Shown: in pieces, positions 8,639 through 18,826 of the stretch | Layout of the letters: each line of letters begins with the position of its first letter | Position numbering within the stretch: position 1 is the stretch's first letter | Origin: Abditibacterium sp. | GTDB taxonomy: Bacteria > Armatimonadota > Abditibacteriia > Abditibacteriales > Abditibacteriaceae | Length of the DNA: 64,000 nt | NCBI GenBank assembly: GCA_965199495.1 | Contig: CBDASK010000003.1 | Coordinates: 832,001 to 896,000, forward strand | Reading direction: 5' to 3' | The notes under the pieces: model-generated | Told to the model about the DNA's origin: nothing | Database searches by the model: none | The model's input: only the letters and a program-made list of their open reading frames with translations | Translations under genes and position numbers: made by a program

Positions 8639-10383
8639 TAAATCATCACCGCCTCTTTGCCGAGTTGCGTTTGCATCTCGACCAATTTTTTATACAAACC
8701 ACCATCCACCTCGACCAATTCATCGTGCGTGCCTTCCTCGACGATTTGTCCGCCGTCCAAAACGATGAGTTTATCGGCGTTTTTTACCGTGGATAAACGG
8801 TGAGCAATCGCCACCGTCGTGCGGCCCTTCATCAAGTTTTCTAAGGCGTTTTGAATCAAAAATTCACTTTCGGTATCAACGGCTGAGGTCGCTTCATCCA
8901 AAATCAGGATGCGCGGGTTGTCCAAAATCGCGCGCGCAATCGCGATGCGCTGGCGCTGTCCGCCCGAAAGTTTGGTGCCGCGTTCGCCGACGTGCGTATC
9001 ATAGCCGTGCGTTAATTTCATGATGAACTCGTGCGCATTGGCGGCACGCGCGGCTTCCAAAACATCCTCAAAACTCGCATCGGGCCGACCGTAAGCGATG
9101 TTTTCGCGAATCGAACCGTGGAACAAATATGGGTCTTGCGGCACCATCGAAATATGGGCGCGCAAATCTTGCAGCGAAATATCGCGCACATCGGTGCCGT
9201 CCACTTTCAGCGCGCCTTCTTTCACATCGTAAAAACGCGAAATCAGTTGCACCATCGTGGATTTGCCACTGCCCGAAGGCCCGACTAAACCGATCATCTG
9301 GCCCGGCTCGATGGTCAAATTGATATTGGTCAACGCGCTCTCGCTCGAATCGTAGCCGAAACTGAGGTTTTCCATTTCGATGCGCCCTTCCATCTGCGGT
9401 AGCGCAACGGCATTGGGTTTCGACTCGATGTCGGCGTCGGTATCCATAATTTCATAAATCCGCTCGGCGCTGGTAGTTGTGTTGGCGAACAGGTTGAACG
9501 TGTTGGCCAAACTCTGAACCGGCGAGTAAAACAGGCCGACGTAACCCGAAAACATCACGAACTCGCCGGGCGTGAGGCGCCCGCGCAACACTTCGTTGCC
9601 GCCGACGAACCAAACGATGACCAGACCAATGCCAAAGGTCAGGTTGACCGACGGAATGAAGACCGCTTGCAGGTTTTGCGTCGAAAGCCCGGCGACTTGA
9701 AATTCACGGCTTTTGCTGCGAAATTTATCGGCCTCGTGTTCTTCCTGACCGAAAATTTGCACGACGCGAATGCCGCCGATGGTGTCGCTCAAAATCGAGT
9801 TCATGTCGGCCAAACGCTTGCGCATCGTTTTATAAGACGCGCGAATGCGCGTCTGAAAAACGCGTGTGCCGATGGCGAGTGGAATGGTGGGAATCAGCAC
9901 CATAAACGCCAGATACGCGTTGGTATGAAACAACAGCGCCGCGATAATCAAGATGCGTAGCGCGTTCAAAGTAAATTCGCGCACGCCTTCGACGATGAAT
10001 TGCTCGAACACAGCCACGTCGTTGGTGACGCGCGACATAATGGCGCCCGTGCGCTTGTTGCCGTAAAACGCCAGCGACAGTTTTTGCAGGTGATCGTAGA
10101 GGTTGGTGCGCACCTGATACAGCACGTTGTGCGCGACGATGCCGGTCTGCTTCATGCGCAGGTGGTGCGAAATCGTGCGCAAAATCAGCGCGGCGATGAG
10201 AGCATAGGCCAGCATATGCAGGAGCGGCCCGTCGCGCAGGGGCAACGCTCTGTCAATCAGCGGCTTGGTGAGGGCGGGCGGCACCATTTCCATCGCGGTC
10301 ATGACCACGCTCCATAACATGGCGGCGGTCATGATCTTCCAGTGCGGGCGGATTTCGTTTAAAAGTCGGGCGTAGGTATTCAA
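8638..10383 (-). CDS. ABC transporter, fused permease/ATP-binding (MsbA-like exporter)
   Basis: GPSGSGKST, LSGGQRQR, ILILDEATS; six N-terminal TM segments. Confidence 0.95.
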   Translation of the reverse strand: MNTYARLLNEIRPHWKIMTAAMLWSVVMTAMEMVPPALTKPLIDRALPLRDGPLLHMLAYALIAALILRTISHHLRMKQTGIVAHNVLYQVRTNLYDHLQKLSLAFYGNKRTGAIMSRVTNDVAVFEQFIVEGVREFTLNALRILIIAALLFHTNAYLAFMVLIPTIPLAIGTRVFQTRIRASYKTMRKRLADMNSILSDTIGGIRVVQIFGQEEHEADKFRSKSREFQVAGLSTQNLQAVFIPSVNLTFGIGLVIVWFVGGNEVLRGRLTPGEFVMFSGYVGLFYSPVQSLANTFNLFANTTTSAERIYEIMDTDADIESKPNAVALPQMEGRIEMENLSFGYDSSESALTNINLTIEPGQMIGLVGPSGSGKSTMVQLISRFYDVKEGALKVDGTDVRDISLQDLRAHISMVPQDPYLFHGSIRENIAYGRPDASFEDVLEAARAANAHEFIMKLTHGYDTHVGERGTKLSGGQRQRIAIARAILDNPRILILDEATSAVDTESEFLIQNALENLMKGRTTVAIAHRLSTVKNADKLIVLDGGQIVEEGTHDELVEVDGGLYKKLVEMQTQLGKEAVMI

Positions 10384-10653
10384 AAGTGGTCTCCTTTTCG
10401 GGGTTTATGACAAAAACGGGGCGCTTAAAAAAGCAAAACAAAAACCACCGCAAAGAACTTCGTCACGCCTTGCGTGCCCTGTGTTCTTCCGGTGGCTCCA
10501 ATTGCGCGTGGCGCGCCAGTTTTCAAGGTAAATCAATCATCAAAAAAAGCGGTTTTGTCCCCGCGTTCAATTATTTTTATACAGAACCGCAGCTTAACCC
10601 TTTCGCTCCCATTATATAGCTACTCATTGTTTATAGATGTATTTCTTACCAAA

Positions 10654-10690
10654 AAATAGGCTTTCGCAAAATAATTGCGAAAGCCTATTT
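10654..10690. terminator. Hairpin terminator downstream of the FKBP gene
   Basis: aaataggctttcgcaa...ttgcgaaagcctattt. Confidence 0.65.
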
Positions 10691-10708
10691 GGTAAACAGC
10701 GAAAACAG

Positions 10709-11266
10709 TTACGAAGTTTTGCCGTTGACCGACAGCAGTTCGACCTCGAAAATCAGCGTCGCGTTGGGCGGAATGGGGCCTTGACCACTCGCGCCATAAC
10801 CCATGCCGGGTGGAATGACGAGTTTGCGTTTGCCGCCGACTTTCATGCCGAGGATGCCTTTGTCCCAACCTTCGATGACTTTGCCCGCACCCAACTGAAA
10901 ATCAAACGGCGCGCGTCCATAAGATTGGTCGAAGACTTTACCGTTGGTAAGCGTGCCTTTGTAATTCATGCTCAATTGGTCGCCGGTGTTGGCGACGGGG
11001 CCGGTGCCGACGCGCTCGTCAATGACTTTGAGTTCGGTCACATCGGCGGCGGGATTGGTTTCGGTCGGAGCGGCACCCTCAGGGGCAGTGGCTGCATTGG
11101 TGGCAGGCGCGGCATTCGTGTCGGCGGGCTTGACGATGGCCGTGGGTTGCGGGTCTTCATCGTGATCTTCGTGGCCTTCGGCGGGTGGGTCTTGCATTTT
11201 GCTGTAAAGCAAAGCGCCCCCGATGCAGACCAAAAGGGCGACGGCGATAATTTTTGATTTATCCAT
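10709..11266 (-). CDS. FKBP-type peptidyl-prolyl cis-trans isomerase
   Basis: [47 protein letters not shown]. Confidence 0.97.
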   Translation of the reverse strand: MDKSKIIAVALLVCIGGALLYSKMQDPPAEGHEDHDEDPQPTAIVKPADTNAAPATNAATAPEGAAPTETNPAADVTELKVIDERVGTGPVANTGDQLSMNYKGTLTNGKVFDQSYGRAPFDFQLGAGKVIEGWDKGILGMKVGGKRKLVIPPGMGYGASGQGPIPPNATLIFEVELLSVNGKTS

Positions 11267-11363
11267 GATGGTAATTTCTAAGTGTCCCTGAATTTGCAGA
11301 GAAGAGAAGTGTTGCGAATTTTACCGCAACGCGCCTCTCTTGCGCGAGTATAAAAAGCAAAAG

Positions 11364-11765
11364 ATGTCAACTTTTCCCCAAAAACCTGCGCGCCACTTAG
11401 TGTTGTGGGATGGCGATTGCGGATTTTGCCGCCGCAGCGTTGAATGGCTCGCCGCCCACGACAGACGCGGCGCGCTCGATTATCGGCCTTATCAAAGCGT
11501 TGATTTGGCGCCTTCGTTAAAAGAAGCGTGCAGTCAGGCGATGCACGTCATCAAAACCGATGGCGAAGTGATTCGCGGCGGGCGCGCCATGATGTTTTGC
11601 GGATTGTTCACGCCGTTTCGCGGCTGGGCGCGCATTGGCTTATGGCCGATATTTTTGCCATTCATCGAAATCGGTTACCAATTCGTCGCCAGCCATCGGG
11701 CGCTGATTTCCAAGTTTTTCTTCAAAACCGAACGCCCCGAACAATTCGATCGTGTCACCGAATAA
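11364..11765 (+). CDS. DCC1-like thiol-disulfide oxidoreductase (DUF393)
   Basis: LWDGDCGFC, Y..VA..R motifs. Confidence 0.9.
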   Translation: MSTFPQKPARHLVLWDGDCGFCRRSVEWLAAHDRRGALDYRPYQSVDLAPSLKEACSQAMHVIKTDGEVIRGGRAMMFCGLFTPFRGWARIGLWPIFLPFIEIGYQFVASHRALISKFFFKTERPEQFDRVTE

Positions 11766-12513
11766 TTTTACTGATATTGATCGCGGCGCCCCGCGCCATC
11801 GCCCCGCCGGGCCAATCGTGATGCGCCCGAACTGGCGCGAACTGTTGTTTTTGCACTGGCCATTCGAGCCGCACATCGTTCAAGATTTATTGCCCGCCGG
11901 TTTAGAAGTGGACACGTTTGAAAATCGCGCTTATGTCGGATTGGTGCCGTTTCGCATGGAGCAAGTGCGTCCGAACTGGGTGCCGAATCTGGGCCGTTTC
12001 GGCAGGTTTTACGATACGTTCGCCGAGTTAAATGTGCGCACTTATGTCGTGCGCGATGGCGTGCCGGGCGTGTGGTTTTTCTCGCTCGATGCCGCCAGCG
12101 CTCTGGCGACAATCGCGGCGCGCGCGTGGTTTCGGTTGCCCTACTTCAAAGCGCGTATGCGCAGCCACGTCGCCGATAATGGCACGATTTCGTATTGGAG
12201 CAAACGCTTGTGGCCCGCACCTTTGCCCGCGCTTTGCAGCGCCAAATATCGCCCACACGGCGAGATTTTTCACGCGCAAACCGGCACGCTCGAAGATTTC
12301 TTGGTCGAACGCTACGTCCTCTATTCGGCGCGCGGTGGCTGCTTGTATCGCGGGCGCGTGCATCACACGCCGTATCCGTTGCAAAACGCCGAACTATTGA
12401 ATTTACGCGAAAGTTGTTTCGCGGCGGCGGGTTTTGCACGGCCCGACGAAGCGCCGCACATTTTGTATTCGCCCGGCGTTGATGTTTCAGTTTGGCCGCA
12501 GGAGCGGGCGTAA
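11752..12513 (+). CDS. YqjF family protein (DUF2071)
   Basis: W..LLFLHW, ELNVRTYV, GVWFFSLDA, FLVERY. Confidence 0.92.
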   Translation: MSPNNFTDIDRGAPRHRPAGPIVMRPNWRELLFLHWPFEPHIVQDLLPAGLEVDTFENRAYVGLVPFRMEQVRPNWVPNLGRFGRFYDTFAELNVRTYVVRDGVPGVWFFSLDAASALATIAARAWFRLPYFKARMRSHVADNGTISYWSKRLWPAPLPALCSAKYRPHGEIFHAQTGTLEDFLVERYVLYSARGGCLYRGRVHHTPYPLQNAELLNLRESCFAAAGFARPDEAPHILYSPGVDVSVWPQERA

Positions 12514-12536
12514 AAATCTCGGCTTAAATTTGCTAT

Positions 12537-12645
12537 TTTCTTCCGTAGAGACGCCGATTTATCGCGTCTAAAATGTCAAATTTTCTCAACTGAATAGCAA
12601 TTCCCACATTTTAGACGCGATAAATCGGCGTCTCTACGGAAGAAA
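12537..12645. repeat. GTAG-type REP doublet (GTAGAGACG..GATTTATCGCGTCT family)
   Basis: Perfect 40-bp arms, 29-bp loop. Confidence 0.85.
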
Positions 12646-12800
12646 CCAATCAACCTTCCCACTTCCATCAAACCCAAACGCACTTATAGACAAAAAATGC
12701 GTGTCGCGTGCCTTGTTTCGCGCGTCAAACGAAGGTAAAGTTAAATCCCGACCGAAAAACTCGGATTAAGATTTGCCCGCTTCTTAATCAAAGGCTTTCC

Positions 12801-13109
12801 ATGATCAAGCGACTGTTTTTGCGCCGTCCTTTGCACGACGCGCACGCCGACCACAAAGCGCACTGCACTTCGCTGTGCTGCGCGCGGAGCGGCGCGTGCG
12901 TGAACATCACCGAAATTTGCGGTTGCGAAGAAGAAGCCGCCAAATTGCGCGATCTGGGCGTGCGAGAAGGCGCGCAGGTCACGGTTGTGCGCGCGGGCAA
13001 TCCGTTGTTGGTGCGCGTCGAAGGCGCGCGCTTTGGCATCGGCGAATTGGCTGCACAAAACGTGATGTGCGAAACCGTCGAAAAATCGCGCGGCGAGAAA
13101 TCCAAATGA
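12801..13109 (+). CDS. feoA: Ferrous iron transport protein A with His/Cys-rich N-terminus
   Basis: KLRDLGVREGAQVTVV..GNPLLVRV.GARFGIG. Confidence 0.85.
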   Translation: MIKRLFLRRPLHDAHADHKAHCTSLCCARSGACVNITEICGCEEEAAKLRDLGVREGAQVTVVRAGNPLLVRVEGARFGIGELAAQNVMCETVEKSRGEKSK

Positions 13110-13330
13110 CACTGGCAGATTTAAAGCCGGGCGAACGCGCCCGCGTCCTCGAAATCATCGGCGACGACGAAGCCGCCGACCGCTTGATGGAAATGGGTTT
13201 GGTCGAAGACACGACAATTCAAGTCATCAAATTCGCGCCTTTGGGAGACCCAATAGAAATCGCGGTGCGCGGTTATCATCTGACGTTGCGCAAGACCGAA
13301 GCGGCGAATGTTGGTGTCGAAAAACTCTGA
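13106..13330 (+). CDS. feoA: Ferrous iron transport protein A
   Basis: RLMEMGL, APLGDPIEI.VRGY.LTLRK.EA; ATGA overlap. Confidence 0.95.
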   Translation: MTLADLKPGERARVLEIIGDDEAADRLMEMGLVEDTTIQVIKFAPLGDPIEIAVRGYHLTLRKTEAANVGVEKL

Positions 13331-13362
13331 CAGTTGTCAGAGTTTTCGCTTTTTTAGTAGAA

Positions 13363-15504
13363 ATGCCCACCGAAGTCATCGCCCCGCCGAAACTGCGTCG
13401 CATCGCGCTCGCAGGTAATCCGAACGCGGGCAAAACCACGCTCTTTAATGCGCTGACCGGAATGCGCCAGAAAGTCGGCAATTATCCCGGCGTCACCGTC
13501 GAAAAGAAAGAGGGCCAAGCTCGTTTAATTGACGGCGCACAGGCCACGATTTTGGATTTGCCGGGCACTTACTCGCTGACGCCCAAATCGCCCGACGAGG
13601 AAGTCGCGCGCGACGTCTTGTTAGGTCTGCGCGCCGATACGCCCGCGCCCGACGCGGTTTTGATCGTGGTTGATGCGTCCAATTTGGAGCGTAATCTCTA
13701 TCTGGCAACGCAGATTCTCGAATTGGGTTTGCCTTCTGTCATCGCACTCAACATGGTGGATGTAGCCACGGCGGCGGGCAAGACCGTGGACGCCGGGCAA
13801 TTATCGCATGATTTGGGCTGCCCGGTCTTCCCGATTATCGCCGTCAAAGGCGAAGGTTTGGACGCGTTGCGCGCCGAACTCGCCGGAGATTTGCCGATTC
13901 CCCATCCGCCCGCGCTCGATTTGCCGCCCGCGCTCGAAAGCGCACGGACGCAATTGGCGCGCGCTATTGAAACCGATTCGGACAACGCCGACGATGCGAC
14001 CGTAACGAGCGGCCCACGCGGTATTGCGCTACGATTGTTGTGCGGTAACGCTTCCGCCGACACGGTTGCGCGCGTTTACGGCGAAAACGTCGGTCACGTT
14101 TTGGACGAAGTGCGCGCGCAAAATAAGGTGCGCCCGGCGCAGGAATCCGGCCCGCGCTACAAAATGCTGGGCGCCGTCGTCACCAACGCGCTCGAACTAT
14201 CGGGGCGCGAACTGTCGCAGGATTTCACCGACCGCGCCGACGCGATTTTGACGCACAAAGTCTGGGGCATCGTCGCGTTCGCGGCGATTGTTTTGTTGGT
14301 TTTTCAATCCATTTACAGCTTCGCCAACCTACCGATGGAATGGATCGAGGCGCTACAAACCGGTTCGCAAACGTTTTTGTCCACGCATTTGCCCGCCGGG
14401 CCGCTACGCGATTTGTTGGTTGATGGCGTCGTGGCTGGTGTCGGCGCGGTCATCGTGTTTTTGCCGCAAATTCTGATTCTGTTCTTCTTCATCGGCATTT
14501 TGGAAGATTCGGGTTACATGGCGCGCGCCGCGTTCATCATGGACAAAACGATGGGCCGCGTTGGGTTGCACGGGCGCTCGTTCATCCCGCTTTTGTCGAG
14601 TTTCGCGTGCGCGATCCCCGGCGTAATGGCGACGCGCACGATCTCCTCAAGGCGCGACCGCATGACGACGATTCTCATCGCGCCCTTAATGAGTTGCTCG
14701 GCGCGACTGCCGGTTTATACCTTAATGATCGGCGCGTTCATTCCCGAACGTTACTTGTTCGGATTTTTATCGCAACGCGCGGCTGTGATGTTTTCGATGT
14801 ATGTGTTGGGTGTCGTGGTAGCAATGGCGGCAGCTTATGTTTTCAAGAAAACGATTTTCAAAGGCCCACCGCCCGCGCTACTTTTGGAACTTCCACCCTA
14901 CAAAGTGCCCGCGCCGCGCAATGTTTTGGTCACGATGTGGGAGCGTGGCGCACAATTTTTGGTGCGCGCCGGAACCACGATTTTCGCGTTGTCGGTGATT
15001 TTGTGGTTCGCGCTCAATTATCCGAAGCCATCGCCAGCACAGTTAGCCGCGCAACCCGACGACAACGCGCGCGCGGCTTTAATCGCGCGCAATTCGGCGG
15101 CGGGCACGGTCGGACGTTTCATCGAACCGACGATTGCGCCGTTGGGCTACAATTGGAAAATCGGCGTCGGTTTGATCGGCGCGATGGCGGCGCGCGAAGT
15201 CTTCGTCTCAACGATGGGCACGGTTTACAGCACGGGCGCCGATACCGACGAGGAATCGAAGCCGCTCCGCCAAAAATTGGGCGAAGACAAATGGCCCGAC
15301 GGTCGCCCGGTCTGGACAACAGCCACGGCGATCTCGATCTTGGTTTATTTCGTCATCGCCATGCAATGCGTCTCGACATTAGCGGTCGTCAAACGCGAAA
15401 CTAACAGCTGGAAATGGCCGATTTTCATGCAGGTTTACATGACGGGATTGGCTTGGATTGCCGCGTTTATCGCGTTTCACGGCGCCAAAATGTTTGGACT
15501 TTAA
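13363..15504 (+). CDS. feoB: Ferrous iron transport protein B
   Basis: GNPNAGKT, NYPGVTVE, DLPGTYSL, LEDSGYMAR, CSARLP. Confidence 0.98.
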   Translation: MPTEVIAPPKLRRIALAGNPNAGKTTLFNALTGMRQKVGNYPGVTVEKKEGQARLIDGAQATILDLPGTYSLTPKSPDEEVARDVLLGLRADTPAPDAVLIVVDASNLERNLYLATQILELGLPSVIALNMVDVATAAGKTVDAGQLSHDLGCPVFPIIAVKGEGLDALRAELAGDLPIPHPPALDLPPALESARTQLARAIETDSDNADDATVTSGPRGIALRLLCGNASADTVARVYGENVGHVLDEVRAQNKVRPAQESGPRYKMLGAVVTNALELSGRELSQDFTDRADAILTHKVWGIVAFAAIVLLVFQSIYSFANLPMEWIEALQTGSQTFLSTHLPAGPLRDLLVDGVVAGVGAVIVFLPQILILFFFIGILEDSGYMARAAFIMDKTMGRVGLHGRSFIPLLSSFACAIPGVMATRTISSRRDRMTTILIAPLMSCSARLPVYTLMIGAFIPERYLFGFLSQRAAVMFSMYVLGVVVAMAAAYVFKKTIFKGPPPALLLELPPYKVPAPRNVLVTMWERGAQFLVRAGTTIFALSVILWFALNYPKPSPAQLAAQPDDNARAALIARNSAAGTVGRFIEPTIAPLGYNWKIGVGLIGAMAAREVFVSTMGTVYSTGADTDEESKPLRQKLGEDKWPDGRPVWTTATAISILVYFVIAMQCVSTLAVVKRETNSWKWPIFMQVYMTGLAWIAAFIAFHGAKMFGL

Positions 15505-15515
15505 GAAGAAATATC

Positions 15516-15701
15516 ATGCAAGACATCATCGTTTACATCATCGTGGCGGGCGCGGCGTTTTACGTCGGGCGCAGTTGGTATCTGTCGAGCAAAGAAGGTG
15601 GCGGCGGTTGCGGCGGTTGCAAAAGCAAAGGTTGCGCGACCAAACCGCAAGCCGAAAAGCCATTGGTTCAGATTGATTTGGGCGGCAGTTGGAAAGGTTA
15701 A
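15516..15701 (+). CDS. FeoB-associated Cys-rich membrane protein
   Basis: N-terminal TM then GCGGCKSKGC; directly after feoB. Confidence 0.85.
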   Translation: MQDIIVYIIVAGAAFYVGRSWYLSSKEGGGGCGGCKSKGCATKPQAEKPLVQIDLGGSWKG

Positions 15702-15710
15702 ATCCAGCGC

Positions 15711-16577
15711 ATGATTTCGGTTCTCATCGTCAACTGGAATACGCGCGATTTGTTGCGTGCCTGTCTCCATTCGCTCGATAAAATTACGCTCCAACACGAA
15801 ATTATCGTGGTAGATTGCGCCTCGTCCGACGAATCTGCCGTGATGGTCGCGCGCGAATTTCCCGACGTGCGTTTAGTCGCCAGCAACGAAAATTTGGGTT
15901 TCGCTGTGGGCAACAATCGCGCTTACGAAATCGCGCGCGGCGAATGGATTTGGTTGCTCAATCCCGACACCGAAATTTACGCGGACGCCGCCGAAATTTT
16001 AGTTGATTTTTTGCAAACTCGCCCGCAAGTCGGCGCCGTGGCTTCTGCTTTGGTGGACGCGCGCGATGGCCATATTCAGCGTTCGTGCCGCACTTTCCCG
16101 ACGCCCAGCGCGTTGTGGGCACAAGCAAGCGGTTTGGCAGCGCTGTTTCCGCGCTCCAAACGGTTCGGCTTTTACAAAATGGGGCATTGGAATTATCGCG
16201 ACGCGCGACGCGTCGAGCAGCCGATGGCGTCGAGTTTGATGTTGCGACGCACAGCCATTGAAAATATCGGCGAATTATTCGACGAACAATTCCCGATATT
16301 TTTCAACGATGTGGATTTGTGTTACCGCCTGAAACACGCGAATTGGCAGATTTGGTTTGAACCGCGTAGCCGCGTTGGGCATTGGGGCGGCGCTTCGACC
16401 AGCCAGTTAAAACCGGAAATGATCGCGCAATCGCACCAAAGTTTGCGCCGTTTTTACGCCAAGCATTACAGCAACCACGTCGCGGCACCGTTGTATTTCG
16501 CGACGATGGAAATGAGCGAATTGGCGGGATGGGCCAGAATTTTATCCACGAAAAGGCGCAAAAAAAGACAAAAATAG
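15711..16577 (+). CDS. Glycosyltransferase family 2
   Basis: ISVLIVNWN, NLGFA.GNN, LLNPD, FDE.F..F..DVDLC. Confidence 0.95.
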   Translation: MISVLIVNWNTRDLLRACLHSLDKITLQHEIIVVDCASSDESAVMVAREFPDVRLVASNENLGFAVGNNRAYEIARGEWIWLLNPDTEIYADAAEILVDFLQTRPQVGAVASALVDARDGHIQRSCRTFPTPSALWAQASGLAALFPRSKRFGFYKMGHWNYRDARRVEQPMASSLMLRRTAIENIGELFDEQFPIFFNDVDLCYRLKHANWQIWFEPRSRVGHWGGASTSQLKPEMIAQSHQSLRRFYAKHYSNHVAAPLYFATMEMSELAGWARILSTKRRKKRQK

Positions 16578-16653
16578 GGGAAGAAATCGCAGTGAGTTAA
16601 AGCGATTTCTTCCCCTATTTTTGTCTTTTTTTGCGCCTTTTCGTGGATAAAAT
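16539..16653. repeat. Long inverted repeat (52-bp arms, CCACGAAAAGGCGCAAAA type) overlapping the GT2 3' end
   Basis: Perfect arms 16539-16590 / 16602-16653. Confidence 0.85.
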
Positions 16654-16658
16654 AAGCT

Positions 16659-17576
16659 TTACTCGCGCTTCAGGGAAGTTGTTTCGACGCGTTCGTTGAT
16701 CCAGTTGCCTTCGACGCGCACGCGTTGGTTGACGCGAAAATCGTCCAGCTGTGTGCGCGGCGCGCGAATCGTGTAGGTGTAGCCGTTGCCAGCGCGCACG
16801 CGGGCTTCTTCGCGATTGAGGTCAATGCTGAGGATCGGTCCAGAGAAACTCACGTAACTGCCGCCATTGTTCTGGTTGTTATTGCCGTTGTAATCGTCGC
16901 CGACTTCAACGACGGAATTGGCGCGAATAATATTTCCATTCAATTCGCCGCGCGCTTCGACGCGGTCGCCTTCGCGAATCGAGTTGGGCAACGAATTGTC
17001 AGTGCGCACGCGGTAAATCGTGCCGTCATCGTCGTCGCGCACCTCGAAATCGGTGCGACTGGTGATGCGCGTGACACGCCCGGTCAACGTCACTTGCTGG
17101 CCCTGATAATTACTCGGCGGATTGTAATTACCGTTGCCGTTGTTATAATTGCCGTTACCGTTATTGTAACTGCCGTTATTATAATCGCCGTTGTTGTTAT
17201 CGCCGTAACCGTCGTCGTAGCGGTCGTTGGTAAAATCGCCGACGGTGACCAGACGCGCTTCAAACGTCGAGCCGCGCAAATCGCCGACGACGCGCACTTC
17301 GCTATTCTTTTGCAAGCCGAGCGGCACGCGCATATTGACGCGATAGGTGCGGCCATCTTTCGCGCGCAAATCGAACGAGTTGGCGTTAGAAACGCGGTCA
17401 ACGGTGCCGCGCAAAACGTCGCCACGCCGATTGCGGTCGTTGCTCCCGGAACGAATCGGCGGATTCGGATCGGGCGCGGCCATCGCAGGCGCCAGAATTC
17501 CGACGCTGAGCATCGCCGACAAACCAAGGGCAGAAATAGCGCGCGCCGGGCGCGCCAGAGTGGAATTTTTGAACAT
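16659..17576 (-). CDS. Secreted protein with three small beta-barrel (OB/DUF5666-like) repeats and N/G/Y-rich linkers
   Basis: Three repeats G.V..I.....F..R...G.TY.V....V.V.G; signal peptide. Confidence 0.7.
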   Translation of the reverse strand: MFKNSTLARPARAISALGLSAMLSVGILAPAMAAPDPNPPIRSGSNDRNRRGDVLRGTVDRVSNANSFDLRAKDGRTYRVNMRVPLGLQKNSEVRVVGDLRGSTFEARLVTVGDFTNDRYDDGYGDNNNGDYNNGSYNNGNGNYNNGNGNYNPPSNYQGQQVTLTGRVTRITSRTDFEVRDDDDGTIYRVRTDNSLPNSIREGDRVEARGELNGNIIRANSVVEVGDDYNGNNNQNNGGSYVSFSGPILSIDLNREEARVRAGNGYTYTIRAPRTQLDDFRVNQRVRVEGNWINERVETTSLKRE

Positions 17577-17649
17577 AATGGGGAAATCTCCAATGAAACT
17601 TTCAGATTGGGGAATCTGGCCGTTTCGACGGCAACAACGCGCCCAATGT

Positions 17650-18039
17650 TCAATCAGATTGCGTGAAGAAATCTGGCCTGTCGCCCTCGAACTTCTCGCC
17701 ATAAAACTGCGTGATGACCTGAATCGGCGCCATAATACGCGAATTAAATTCGTCCAATTCCTCGGCGGGCACCCACAACTCCTGATGCACGCGCCCGCCC
17801 ACAACTTGAACCGGATAGCGCGCGGCGAATTGGTCGTCAATCTCGAAGCGCAACACGAAACCGCAATAGCCCGAAACTGGATCGGCGACGTTCCATTGTT
17901 GTGCGATATGCGTCGCATATTCTGGGTTGAGAACCGGATAAAATATCGGTTGAATTGGCAAACGCAGCGGAAACGCGCGAAAGTTTAAGTCGGCGATAAG
18001 TCGAAGTTCGGCCAAGCCGACGGGACGATAAAGTTTCAT
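17650..18039 (-). CDS. Conserved hypothetical protein (often annotated ADP-ribosylation/crystallin J1-like)
   Basis: LYRPVG..EL, AFP.RLP.QPIFYPVLN..YA..IA..WN, HQELWVPAEEL.EFN. Confidence 0.8.
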   Translation of the reverse strand: MKLYRPVGLAELRLIADLNFRAFPLRLPIQPIFYPVLNPEYATHIAQQWNVADPVSGYCGFVLRFEIDDQFAARYPVQVVGGRVHQELWVPAEELDEFNSRIMAPIQVITQFYGEKFEGDRPDFFTQSD

Positions 18040-18269
18040 TTTTATTCGAGCGTGATTTTGCGACTAACGAGAACTAACTTTTCGCAGACAAGCTTTGGCG
18101 GATTCCATAGATTGGAGATTTACACTGTAAGGATCGAAGGGACTATTGTCTGCCACCAACTCTTCCCTTTTGCAACATGCTTTTAAGGCTGGATTGAGAT
18201 GTGCGACAAAATGGCGCGGTAGGGAATGTTCTGATAGACACTTACTGTTCCAGTGATCCCCAGACCCCT

Positions 18270-18641
18270 TTATTCTATCGGCGGAGGCGGACAAGAGCCT
18301 TGATACGGATACCCTTCGCAGTAAACAAACTTCCCTTCGCGATCAAACTGAATCATAAGAAGCGTTTCTGGTTTCGTCTGAACTCGAACAAATATCATGT
18401 CAGATTCTGAGCAATCTGCCTTTAAGCTGTTGCAGTAAAGCCAATATTCAACTCGCTGCTTCGTAGAGCCTTTAGGAACTTGCTGATAAAAGTATTTTTG
18501 CACTTCCTCCGTCTTTAAATTATTCAGACGAAATTGAGAGTAAAACCATTCAATGATAAATAAACCTGCAATAAGCGAAAACACGAATAGACATAACATT
18601 TTTCTCCGTCGATTAGAGAATATTAGAGTAATTATTTTCAT
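18270..18641 (-). CDS. Hypothetical single-TM protein in an AT-rich islet
   Basis: 123-aa ORF, N-terminal TM, composition differs from flanks. Confidence 0.55.
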   Translation of the reverse strand: MKIITLIFSNRRRKMLCLFVFSLIAGLFIIEWFYSQFRLNNLKTEEVQKYFYQQVPKGSTKQRVEYWLYCNSLKADCSESDMIFVRVQTKPETLLMIQFDREGKFVYCEGYPYQGSCPPPPIE

Positions 18642-18826
18642 GATTTTCTAAATATTACCTGCTTTGAACCTACACTCATTTATGAGTAATGTTAGATTCG
18701 ACCTTACTCTGTATTTGTGATCCGTTTTATATTTCATTCGTTTGTGACGCGACTGTCGAGCTTTGCACCACAACTCAATTCTGGATAGATAGTTTATCGT
18801 TTCAAAAGATTTGCTAACCTTTAAAG

